From positions 12,306 to 76,305 of the forward strand of contig CALSCP010001980.1 of assembly GCA_943704425.1 (NCBI GenBank): 64,000 nucleotides of DNA, written 5' to 3'. Shown one piece after another: positions 40,101 to 51,114 of this stretch; positions within the stretch are counted from its first letter, which is position 1; each line of letters opens with the position of its first letter. This DNA is from Ministeria vibrans ATCC 50519 (lineage: Eukaryota > Protista > Filasterea). Under the pieces are notes generated by a model that saw only the letters and a program-made list of their open reading frames with translations, was not told the DNA's origin and searched no databases. The position numbers and the translations under genes are program-made.

Positions 40101-40426
40101 TGGTCCCTTCTCCGCCGAAAGGTACCTCATGCCCACTCGAACGCACACACGCTCACACAACTCATACACATTACAGCTGCGGTGACTACGCGTCGGGTAC
40201 CAATCACACACTGCCGACGTACGGGTATGCGCGCCAGTACAGCGGCGTGTCCACATCGACTTTTCAGAAGCATATTACGTCGCAGCATTTGACCGCCGAC
40301 GGACTGCTGACCATTGGCGACGCAGTGGAGACGCTGGCGGCCGTCGAGGGTCTCGATGCCCACCGCCTGGCCGTTGTCGTGCGCCAAACCTTTATCAAGC
40401 ATGACCGGGCTATGCTCGTCGACTGA
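37191..40426 (+). CDS. HIS4: Histidine biosynthesis trifunctional protein (PR-AMP cyclohydrolase / PR-ATP pyrophosphatase / histidinol dehydrogenase)
   Basis: [23 protein letters not shown] (HisI); SYTARLF...[10 protein letters not shown] (HisE); [50 protein letters not shown] (HisD). Confidence 0.97.
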
Positions 40427-40603
40427 CCACCGTTCCCCTCGACATTTTTTTTTCTTCTCTCTCTCTCTTTCTCTCTCTCTCTCTATCTATCTCTCTCTTT
40501 GTATTCCTTTTATTTCTTTCTCCCTCCCTGAGTGCACATCTTTTTGTGTTTCTTTTTGTTTCCCTATCTTTATCGTCCGTTACATTTGGTACACAGCTTT
40601 CCA

Positions 40604-41162
40604 TCAAGACGGCTTGCCATCGAGTCGCTCGCGCAATACGCGAATTTCCTCTCGTAGACTGTCCAATTCTTCGTCGCGCCGTCGCAACGTTTCAACCAGC
40701 TCGTTTTTGTTCAGGTCAGTATACATCGCACTGGCAAACAACTGCGAAAAGCCATACGTGTCGCGCGACGCCTTCTTGCGCCTGGAGGGCCTGCCCGACG
40801 GTGACGCGACCGACACGGTGGCGGCATCGGTGTTTGTTGGTGCCGGTGTCGAGGCTGCGGCGCCTACAGCGTGCGCCTCGTCATTGTTTGCGTGACTCGG
40901 TGGTGCGCTGTCAGCAGCAACAACTGGCCCCTGCTCGGCCGTGACGTCTCCCTCAGCCAGCAGCTTGTCAAAGTCGGAAAATGACATCTCCAAGACAACA
41001 CCGTCGACCTCGATGCTGCCCTCGTTGTCGGAATCGTCGTTGTCGCTCACCGCCGGCGTCGGCTCGAGCGTGCGCTCCGCCGATGCCACCAGATAGGCAT
41101 TGTGATTCGCCGGCGCCTGAGGTCGCATCAGAGGGAACCCCCGCTTCCCCCGCTTCTTCCTG

Positions 41163-41226
<64 letters not shown>

Positions 41227-41563
41227 ACACACGCAACACAAGACACACGACACAAAGAAGGGGCACGGAAGGCACCGGGTGAGCAGATAGGCCAAGGGCG
41301 CAGTGATCGGCGAAGCGACCCAATTCGCATCGTTTCAGTTTGCTGTCTCACCTGAATGGCGCGCGCGCGGGCTCTGGCTCGGCGTCCTCCGCCAGTCTGT
41401 CTTCGTACGCCTTGCGCTCCTCCCACGTCATGTCGCTGTACGCCTTGGCTGGCGTTGCCACAGACGATTTCGATCCCGTTCGCGCTCGTTTTCTTCTTCT
41501 GCCGCCTTTCGAAGCGCTCTCGGGCGCCCCGCTTGGCATCGCCTCGTCCTTTGTATTGTTCAT
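40604..41563 (-). CDS. HEXIM: HEXIM-family P-TEFb inhibitor homologue (intron 41160-41351)
   Basis: Basic patch GRRRKRAR; KAYSDMTWEERKAYED resembles HEXIM1 KPYYKLTWEEKKKFDE; PQAPANHNAYL resembles PVAPYNTTQFL; acidic tract; C-terminal coiled coil DLNKNELVE...LREEIRVLRE resembles NMSKQELIK...MEDENNRLR. Confidence 0.75.
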
Positions 41564-41742
41564 ACGTAAAGACCCAAACGGTTCTCGTGGAAGAGAGAGA
41601 GATATTTTTGATTATTGTATTTTTATATTTTTTAATTTTTTTCTTCTTTTTTTTTCGTAAGTTGGAACAGTGAACTTGACGATTCTTTTTTGCTGTTTGT
41701 GTCTGCGTCTAGACGGGAAAAACAATTAAGCAGTGTGTGTGT

Positions 41743-44700
41743 TCACTGTACAACGAGTTCTTGATCTTCCAAGAAGCGATACTCAAAGGTGAACTCGGCC
41801 TTCTTGCGCTGACACCAGCCCTTGTCATAGTCAAAGTAGACGTAGGTGCCCTGCTCGTAGTCGTCTGTGATGGTTGAGGGCTCTTCGTGCCGCTGGAACC
41901 ACGTCAGGTACTTCTTGTGGAAGCGCCATGACTTGTTCTTGAGTTCGCGTGCCGCCAAATACTGCTGGTAGGTGCCTGAGCGACATCATTGGGAGGTGGG
42001 GTGTGAGTGCGCGTTGTTGCATTTTTGTTGTGCAACAAATTTTTTTTATACATTTATTGTGTGCATTGTACCTTGTTGGTAGTAGAAGATAAAAAAGAGT
42101 GTGTCAACGTCCATCTTCTCAAAGACAGCAACGTCACGGAAGACGGGCTGGGAGACTTGAGGATAGTAGGCGGGCGTGAAGGCAGGCGTGGCGGGCGTGT
42201 AGGTGTCAAGCCTGAACGGAGAGGGATTAGATGTTAATTGTGATGCACACGAGAACTATGGTGTGCTAACCATTGCGAGTTGACTTCGGGCATCAAATTC
42301 ATGCTGGTTTCGAGCATTGCCATTGCCTCAGCCATGTCTAAAACATGAAAATGAATATATAAAAGAAATCGGCTTGATGCGGTACCGTCTGAGAGAGGCG
42401 GGCCTGTCTGAGGCGACGTGTGAGGCAGTGGGGACGCATCGGCTGTAGGAGGAAGAGACGCTGCCACGAGAGCAGCGGCAGTAGAAGTGGATGGGGCGGG
42501 CGCAGCAGTAGGCGATGCGGCGACCGGTACAGGGGTAGACGCAGCGGAGGGGGTGTTAGTGTTGATGGTAGGCGACGCAGCAATGGGGACGGTGGGAGTG
42601 GCAGTGGAGGAAGGACTGGACGCACTCTTGCTAGAGACAATGGGTGGGAAGGCCGACGGTGTTGCGGCAGGAGTGGTCGGCTGCGACGCCGCTGCTTGCT
42701 GCTGCGAGGCATTGGCCGCGGCAAGGACGGCTGCGGCGGTAGGAGCGGGTGTGCCTGCAATAGCAGGCGACTGAGGCTGAGACCAGGCACTCGCAGCTGC
42801 AGCGTAAGCCGGCTTGGCACGCTCAGGCTCCTTGGGCGACATCACCTTCAGCGTCGTCGATGCACCCTTCTTGTTGCTACTCGCATTCTTCCCGGTGCTG
42901 CCGCTGCCGCTGTTGTTGTTGTTGCCTGCGGTGCTGCTGTTGGCCGCTGGTTGTTGCTGCTGCGGCTGTTGCGGTTGTTGTTGTGCCTTGCTTGACGCCG
43001 AGTCTATCAATGACTTGGGCGAACTCTTGCCGCTACCGGCAACCACCGACGCAACTGTAGTGGCTGCGGCTACAGCTGTCTTCTTTGAATCCTTCTTCTT
43101 ACCACCGCCGCCAGCGGATGCAGAGGCAGCTACCACAGCCGCTGCTGCCGCAGCGGCTGTCGCAGCAGCCGCTGCTGCTTCTTCTTCCGCAGCAACAGCC
43201 GCAGCGGCAGCCGCTGCCGCAGCCGCTGCCGCCTTCTTGTCCTTTTTGTTCTTTCGCCCAATATCATCATCCTTCTTCTTGGGTGCGGCAGCAGCAGCGG
43301 CAGCCGTAGCAGCAGCGGCAGCCGTAGCAGCAGCAGCAGCAGCCACTTCGGCAGCGGCCGCGGCAGCGGCCGCAACCTCCTCCTTGGTCTTGGTCGACGA
43401 GGCGGTAGCTGTGTCGCTCGTAGCTGTATCACTGGTGTGACTGGTTTTGTCGTCGTGGTGGTGATGGTGGTGGTGAAGGTCGTCAAGGTCGTCGACGCCG
43501 TCGCCATCTTCACCAAGAAGTCCTTCGTAAATGAACTCCTCGCTCATGTCCTGGTCAAACGACGGGTCGTTGTTGTTCTCAATGTAGTACATGATGTCGT
43601 CATGTCGCTCGCTGATGCTGTCCACGTCAATCAAGTCATTTGTAAGAGCACGCAACACATGCTCCAGCTTGCTCGTGTGCCATTTGTGCCGTTCAATCTT
43701 CTGATCGCATGCGCGAATCTTGGACTGATCCGACGACGATTTTTTCTTGCGCTGACTCAGTCCCTCCACTTCCGCCTCCGCCTCGTCAATCTACATCACG
43801 TATTAAAAATAATAAGCATGCCTTTGTTTTTGTTTTTCTTCTTTTTGCAACACGCAACGCACCTGGATGGAGAGGGCATCGATGCAGCTCGTGATCCACG
43901 ACATCTCTTCTTCCTTCTTCTGCTCTTCGGGGTCCACCTTTTTCGCAGCCTTCTCTAAGCCCTCTTTGGAGTACGCCTTGGTTTTCGTTTCCCTCTCAAT
44001 GGCCCGAAACCGTTCCATTTGCTACACAGGCGTCGTATGAGACGAGTGAATAGAACGCATGAAACAAAACCCCTTACCGTCTCGATGAGCTTTCTGTTCT
44101 CCATCAGACCACTCTTGTCCTTGATTTCACTGCAAAGAGAAGACAGAGCGGTGGTCAATGGAGCGTGTGGTCGGGTGCGGGCCGGTCACAAGGGGGCCCA
44201 ACGCGACGGACGACTCACCTGCTTGTGAGCCACTGTTTGATTTGGTCGCGCAGCCGCTGCAGCTTTTTGATTTCCTTCTTCAGCTCCCCCTCATGCTTCT
44301 CCTTCTGGTGGGCGTTGGTGGCAGACGCAACCCGTTCCCAAATTGCCTACAGCAGCCATGGGGGGTCAGCAGGGTGTGCACAGGGGCGCCCATCGTAAGT
44401 TGTAAGCTGACACTTCACACAGAAAAGAGCCTTTTTTTTTTCACATTGAAGAAACGCAGTTCATTGCAACGACAGCGACCCTCGCTCGCACCAGGGGGGA
44501 AATACAAGAACACGCACAAGTGCATCACACAGTGGGGTGGGCTGAACGACGCCTTGGACAGGCAAAGCGAGCGAAAAGAGCGAAAGAAAAAAATCAACAG
44601 ACGAAAGTGACTCGAAGAGTCACAAAACGACAGCAAGACAGAGGGAAGGAAGCGTGAGGGGGGACAGCAGCACAAATAGAACCCCGCAGAGAAGAAGATG

Positions 44701-44929
44701 GGTGCAACGGTGGCGACAGAGACGAGAGAGACGAGAGAGACGTGTCGAAATGCAAAACGACACGAAAAACGGACGTAAGCGAAAACGCAGTCGCGCGCGT
44801 GTGAGTGTATGTGTGTGGGGGGGGGATCGGTCGGCCCCGGCGGCGGCATACCTCGAATTCTTCGACGCCTTCAGCGACTTTCTTCTGTACGCGATCAATC
44901 TCCGCCTGGAGCTTCCGCTTGTCCGCCAT
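41743..44929 (-). CDS. CNOT3: CCR4-NOT subunit NOT3/5
   Basis: [69 protein letters not shown] box [17 protein letters not shown]...[18 protein letters not shown]. Confidence 0.98.
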
Positions 44930-45169
44930 GCTTGCAGCTCGGTCGATAAACGCAGGTTGTACAGGACGCGGTAAAGAGGTTGTCTAACACAGCGTCAAGA
45001 GTAGCAGAGTATTGTGAACCAAACAAAAGTCTTTTTTTCTAATTTTCATGGATCACATTGAGAATTTGAGATGACTGTCATTTTTTTTTCTCTCAAACTA
45101 TCCATCTCCACCAGAGTTGAAAATAGATAAACAAAAGAGTATTAATTCAATATTCATTATTCATTATTC

Positions 45170-48100
45170 ATGTTGGACGGAAGCAGTTCGGAGAGCAGCG
45201 ACGATTTGGAGGAGAGGACGAGCGACTCCATGGCAACGAAACAAAAGGAGCCTGAAGAGGACTTTGGGGACGAAGACTCGCCTCTAGAGAATGCTGCGAA
45301 AGATCTCTTGAATGAGATGCCTTTGGTAAGAAAATATTTCGTCTCTTTCGCCTTATTTTGTACATCAAAATATTAGATTTCGACTTCGAACTTTCTTATT
45401 TCGACTTCCCACAGGGATCCGAGGCTGTTCAACAGCTCATGCGGGACACAGAAGCAGCCGAGCTGGAGGATGTACTGCATTCTTACCGCGAAAACTCGCA
45501 GCACGAAAAGCTGGTTCTGCAACTGGTGGCGAACTTCCAGAGTCAATTTCGCACTCTGTTTCCCGACCGAATGCCACTCCTGCTCACGCCTCTCAACGAA
45601 TTCAACTGCCCTAAGTTTGTATGCTGCACCATTAGACCCACGGCAATGCCTTTCAGTGATCTCAATGACTTTAAATTGTGCGCAAGGTAGGAAACAGCAA
45701 AGACAACGATTCATGTGCCGGCCTAACTATTATGATTGAGTAGATTTGTCGCCGACTATTTGACATACATTGAGTTGGAGGACAACACCGAGGTGCCCAC
45801 GACGCTTGTATCGCCCACACGAACGCTCAACACGCGACGGGCCAACAGCTTTGATGCGTCAACGCTTCTCTGCTCGATGCTCATTGGCGCAGGCTACGAC
45901 GCGTGTGTTGTCAATGGCTATGCCACAAAAGAAATCACGCAAAAGAACCTCGCGCACGACCCCTGTCCGCTGTTGCAATGCAAACCGGAATGCAAAGTAG
46001 AGCAAGCGCCGGTGAAGAAGAGCGTGTACGCGCGGAGGGCGCCACCTCAACTGGTGAGTGCTTTTGAGACGCGGATGCGCGACAAGGCAGCAGCGCAGGT
46101 GCGTGCTGTCGAGGAGAAGGCGGTGGCCGAGCGCTTGGCCGAGCGCGCAGAGAAGATGCGGGCGCCTGTAGACGAGCTTGAAGGAGTGCGTGTGCACGCG
46201 TGGGTACTGGTGCGAGCGGGACGACGCGGGGTCGAGGACGACGTGTTTATCGAGGCGACGACTGGACGAGTCTTACGTGTGCGCGAGAACCCCGAGGCGT
46301 TTGCGCGCTATTTAGGCGTTGAGGCTGTGTGGAACCACGAGAACTACTGGGTGAACATGCAGGACTGCAGCGACGGCATTGGCGACATGCAGTATCGCCT
46401 AGACGAGACAGCGCACTGGGAGCACTGTCTGGCGGAAGAGGGTGATCTGTGCAACGTCGATGAGGGCGAGGATATCGATGTGGTAGAAGAGGAGGATTCC
46501 GAGGTGGAGGATGACGACGAGGACGTTGAGGACAAGGAAAAGGAGGACGAAGCAGGACCATTGCGTATAGCCACAGTTAAAGCACCAACCATGATCCGCG
46601 AGAGCACCGGCGTATACGGTACTGGGGTGCGACAAGCTGTGTCGCAGAAGATTAATGCGTCGAAGTCGAAGACGAAGAAGAAGTCGAATTTGAAGAAAGG
46701 CGCTGGGAGTGCGTTTGTGGTGCCGGGCGAAGGAGTGGTACGTGTGCCACACTCGTGGGTGAGCGCGCTGCTGCTTCCGCGTCGCTTCGTGGTGCAGGGG
46801 CGTCTCATGGCACGCGTGCGTGTGCCGGTGCACCTGAGTGAGACAGGCGAGACGACAGAGGTGACCCTGACCAACATAGGGAGTCGTCGGGTGCTGTACT
46901 GCGATGCTAAAGTAGAGGAGTACGCAGAGTACACGCGCGAAGATGGGCTAGTGCAGCGATTGACAGTGCTGAACATGGATCATGAGCGGGATGGGGGCGG
47001 GGCAGGGGATGGGACGAGCGAGCGCACCGAGGTGTACGCGCACCGGGCGGATTTGATGGTGCAGCGGTGGTGTGCAGCAGGCGGAGAGACAGTGCGTGAG
47101 CTGTTTGGAGTGGGTGCTCATGTGCGTGGGGTGCGTGAACTGGAGCGGAGGAAGAGGGGCGAGGAGGTATGGATGCGGTTTGACAGGGAGACGCGCGCGG
47201 ATGGGTTGATGGAGCGGCTGGATGCAGGGCAGTGGATGGAGGAGAAGTTTTGTGGGGCGGAGCTTGAGAAGGGGATTCGACGACTGGTGCGACGCAGGAC
47301 TGAGTTTGGGCGTGTTAACGTTGATGATGAACAGGAGCTTCGACATGATCGTCATGATGGCCAGCTGCAAGCGACGCGTCAGGGGGGCACTCTGACCGCG
47401 AGCGCAAGGCCATCGGAGACGTCGAAACACCACCAGATGAACACGAGCATGGCAGTGACGGTGGACGGGCATAGACAAGTGGAGTGCATTGAGGAGGAGT
47501 ATGAAGCGGGTGGTCATGGGGAGGGCGGGGCGGCGGTGCTGTGGCGTCGGGTGTGGGACTGGCGCGAGGGAACGGCAACGGTGGAGTATGTACCTGAGAA
47601 AGGGCGACTCACGGGTACACGTAGAGTGTACGTGCAAGACAAGGAAGGAGAGTATCGACTGAAGGAGAGCTATGAGGGACGAGAGCAGCGCGGGGTGTTG
47701 GCGCAGCGAGCGGGGACGCTGTTTGTGGGAGGCAAGCGGGCAGAAGTGGAAAGGGAGCGACGGGAACTGGGAGGGGCGAGGGAGCGCGCGGTGGGGGCGG
47801 TGGTGGGTGGAGTGCAGGAGACGATGGCGTTGGTGGAGGCACGTAATGCTGCATGGTCTCACCCTCAGCTCACGGTGTCCTTTTACGACGTTGACCAGAG
47901 CGACGCAATCAAGGTATAGATGAGGACGGTGAAAAAAACGGCTTTATTATTTTCTTCTTTAATTTACAGGAATACCGGGTGAAGGAGGCAGAGGAGGCGG
48001 CAACTGCGCTGCAGCGGGCACGACGCAAGCTGTTTGGGGCGGCGGACGACGTTGAGCCGTATCTCGTGCGCAGAGGCGTGACGGAGCGGCAGCTGACGCA

Positions 48101-48566
48101 GGAGGACTTTGTGTTGGACGAGCAGATGGCCTGCGACGTCTTTCAGGAGTGTCTTGCCGACTGCAAGCAGCGCCAGCTGGACAAGGTGCGTACAATATTT
48201 GAAAGAAGAAGATTGACATTATACTGACGTTTTATTGTACCATGCCATGGGGGGCGTGTGGGCATTCCGTGTGGGCAGGCGCGGATCATCCAGGAGCGTT
48301 TAGAAGAGGAGATTATGGCGCTTCAGCAGCAACAGACGGCGTTCAGCGCACGCACGGGAGGAGGTGTGGGCACATGTGAGGCGCTGCATGAGGACCAGGC
48401 GGATGCGAGCCGGGAGTACGTGCGCTACTGCGATGCATCCATGTTCCGTATCCAGATTCTTGAGCAGCGTCTCGTTGCACACAAGAGCGAAGCGGCACGT
48501 CGCTACACCGCCCTCGAAAGAAAGATTCAGGCTGACCCGCGCTTTGTCCATTTGTTTCAAGCATAA
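45170..48566 (+). CDS. DRC7: Dynein regulatory complex subunit 7 (CCDC135); alternative start at 45230
   Basis: KFVCCTIRPT, FVADYLTY, NSFDASTLLCSMLIGAGYDA, RVHAWVLV, FIEATTG, YLGVEAVWNHENYWVNMQ, C-terminal FRIQILEQRL. Confidence 0.93.
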
Positions 48567-48664
48567 TGCAAATCGTTTCATTTTCATTCAGATTTCAGAC
48601 TGAGCAGTCTAAATAAGCCTAATTGAATTGGTCTTATTATATTATATAGAAGTAAGTGAATTGG

Positions 48665-48686
48665 TCCAATTCTGTCCAATAACCAA
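48665..48686 (+). promoter_or_regulatory. Three clustered CCAAT boxes upstream of the NmrA-like gene
   Basis: CCAAT occurs three times within 22 bp, about 40-60 bp before the ATG at 48723. Confidence 0.35.
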
Positions 48687-48722
48687 TTCACTTACCTCTT
48701 TATATACTCTATACATTAACAC

Positions 48723-49660
48723 ATGATTGCTGCTGTTGTGACGGCGTCAAGCACGTCGGGAAAGGCGTTCATCAAGGCGCTGGCACCGAACGCTGCGGTG
48801 AAAATCCAGGCGGGATTCCGAACGGCAGAACGGGCACAGGTGGGTAGCATCGCACGCTGGAGTGGCTGCAGTGCTGCAGTGGAATGCAGCTCAACGCCGA
48901 CTGCGATGCGTAGGCGACCGAATTGGAGCTGGGGGCAGGGAAGTTCGATGTGCATGTCGGCGTGGACGCAGCCAACGCCGCATCGCTCGCCCCCGTCCTC
49001 TCTGGCGCCGACACCGCCTTGCTGGTGACTCCACTTGACCACAGTCGCGGCATGGCAACCGACGCGGAGTACACGTGCAATATGATTCGCGCTGCGGCAC
49101 ACGCCGGCGTCACACACATCTCGCTGGTCACGAGCTGGACCACCCTCTTCCCCGAACACCTTCCCGCTCTGTCGAGCCGCTTTATCGCCCAAGAGAAGCT
49201 GCTTGCCTCGCTGACTGACACGAAATGGACGATATTGCGTGGGGGCTTTTTCAGTGGAAACGTTGCAGCGAGTCTGTCTGGGAGCACACTCTCCCTTGCA
49301 CCAATGTCTGTGCCTCTCGTGGATCCGCGCGATATTGGCCGCATGGCCGCGGCGATTGCACTGGATTCAGCGTCACACCATGGCAAAGTGTACGACGTGT
49401 CGGGCGAGGAGCGTCTCACAGGCGAACAGATTGCACAGCGCATTGCACAGGCAACCAACACCTCCGTTGCCTTCAATGCTCGCTCTGTTGACGAACAATG
49501 TGCCCACCTCCCTCCCTTCTTGCAAGAACTCGTGCGTTTTCTTGCCGCCACTCCCGACGCAGTGCCACTGAGCTCGCACGTCCGAGACGTCACTGGCACT
49601 CCTGCCGCCACCTTTGAAACATTTGTGCGAGACCATCGTTCAATGTTTGTCAAGTCATGA
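48723..49660 (+). CDS. NmrA-like / atypical SDR NAD(P)-binding protein (intron 48840-48913)
   Basis: Degenerate Rossmann VTASSTSGKA, AAAHAGVTHI, WTILRGGFF, VDPRDIG, HHGKVYDVSG. Confidence 0.85.
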
Positions 49661-49797
49661 CTTGCGAGATTGAAAAAAAAGAGAGAATAGATCGATGAGA
49701 GGAGGAGGGAGGGAGGGAGAGAAAGAAACAAGGTGATAGTGAGAGGGGAGAAGGAAAGAAAGTGATCGAGAGACTCAATGTATTCACAATAATTCGT

Positions 49798-49982
49798 TTA
49801 ATTACGCTTCTTCGCGTTCGTCAAAGCATGTCCAAACGGATTCGCCTGAGCAAACCGCAGCATTGTCCAGAGAGGAACCACAATGTAAGGCCCGTAGCCG
49901 GCCCAGAAGAGCGTTGGGTTCAATGTGGGGTGGGTGCCGTAGAACTCTTCCATACAAATGATCAGCATATCCTTCAGGAGAC
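49798..49982 (-). CDS. Last exon of an EXPERA-domain (TMEM97/TM6SF/EBP-like) membrane protein; upstream exons missing
   Basis: GLLKDMLIICMEEFYG...FWAGYGPYIVVPLWTMLRF...AKKRN* (GPY..VP helix, di-lysine ER-retrieval-like tail); AG acceptor at 49983-49984. Confidence 0.55.
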
Positions 49983-49990
49983 CTAGCAAG

Positions 49991-50282
<292 letters not shown>

Positions 50283-50295
50283 TGTTTGCTCTCAG

Positions 50296-50796
50296 AGCGG
50301 TTCTCGAAGATGCGAAGATTTTGGAGGATCGAGCGAGTCTCATCACTGCAAAGTACACTGAGAACGTGACGGAAATCCGGAGTGTGTTGGCTGGAACGGC
50401 CTTTAACTACCCTCATCTGATTGATGTTGACTGGAGACTCGACTATTACATCAAAGTAGAAACAAACGAGAGGGGAAAGTGTGTGTGTCTGTGTGTGTGT
50501 GTGTGATGGAGAGAAGAAAAAGAGAGTTTTGACACTAGATTTTTTTTCTTAGAACAATCATTTGGAAAAGGTCAACGAACCAGTGTACCTGATCAAACTG
50601 AAGACAGGTACACTCATTACCAAACCCTCTTGTGTGTACTGCATTAAATTGTGTCTGTGTGTGTGTTTCAGATGTGTCTGGCTCGTCAGAGGGACCCACA
50701 GTACAGTTTACTGCGTCGCCCGAACATCTGCAGGATCTCATTAACAAACTGAAAGATGCAGCCAAGAAACTCACCCCCGATGATGGAAAGAAGTGA
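50296..50796 (+). CDS. COMMD3: COMM domain protein 3, 3' exons only
   Basis: PHLIDVDWRLDYYIK|NNHLEKVNEPVYLIKLKT...QFTASPEHLQDLINKLKDAAK. Confidence 0.9.
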
Positions 50797-51114
50797 ATAG
50801 GGATTGAGAGTGAAAAGAGAGCAGAGAGAGAGAAAAAAAAATCTGTAGAATTATTTGAAAGACATTTTTTTGAAGCAAAAGTCTGCTACTTCTCTTCTCG
50901 ATCTCTGCATGCCCCAGAAGTTACCCACTTGTCTTTCCAGGGAAGTCACTGAAGTAAGCAACACAACTGACAAGCAGTCGAGCACCGTTCAACACTCAAC
51001 GTGGGAGCATGTGGGGTATTTATTATCTTCTCCGATAAAGAAAAAGATAAGCCCCCCAGGTGACAATTATCATACTCATGACTCACTTGTGACTTGACAC
51101 TTATTTTTCTTCTG

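Noticed and set aside
49967-49974. ATATCCTT, a perfect U12 (AT-AC) 5' splice-site lookalike
   Set aside because: It is the antisense of K-D-M codons in the minus-strand exon; there is no upstream plus-strand exon or U12 branch site.
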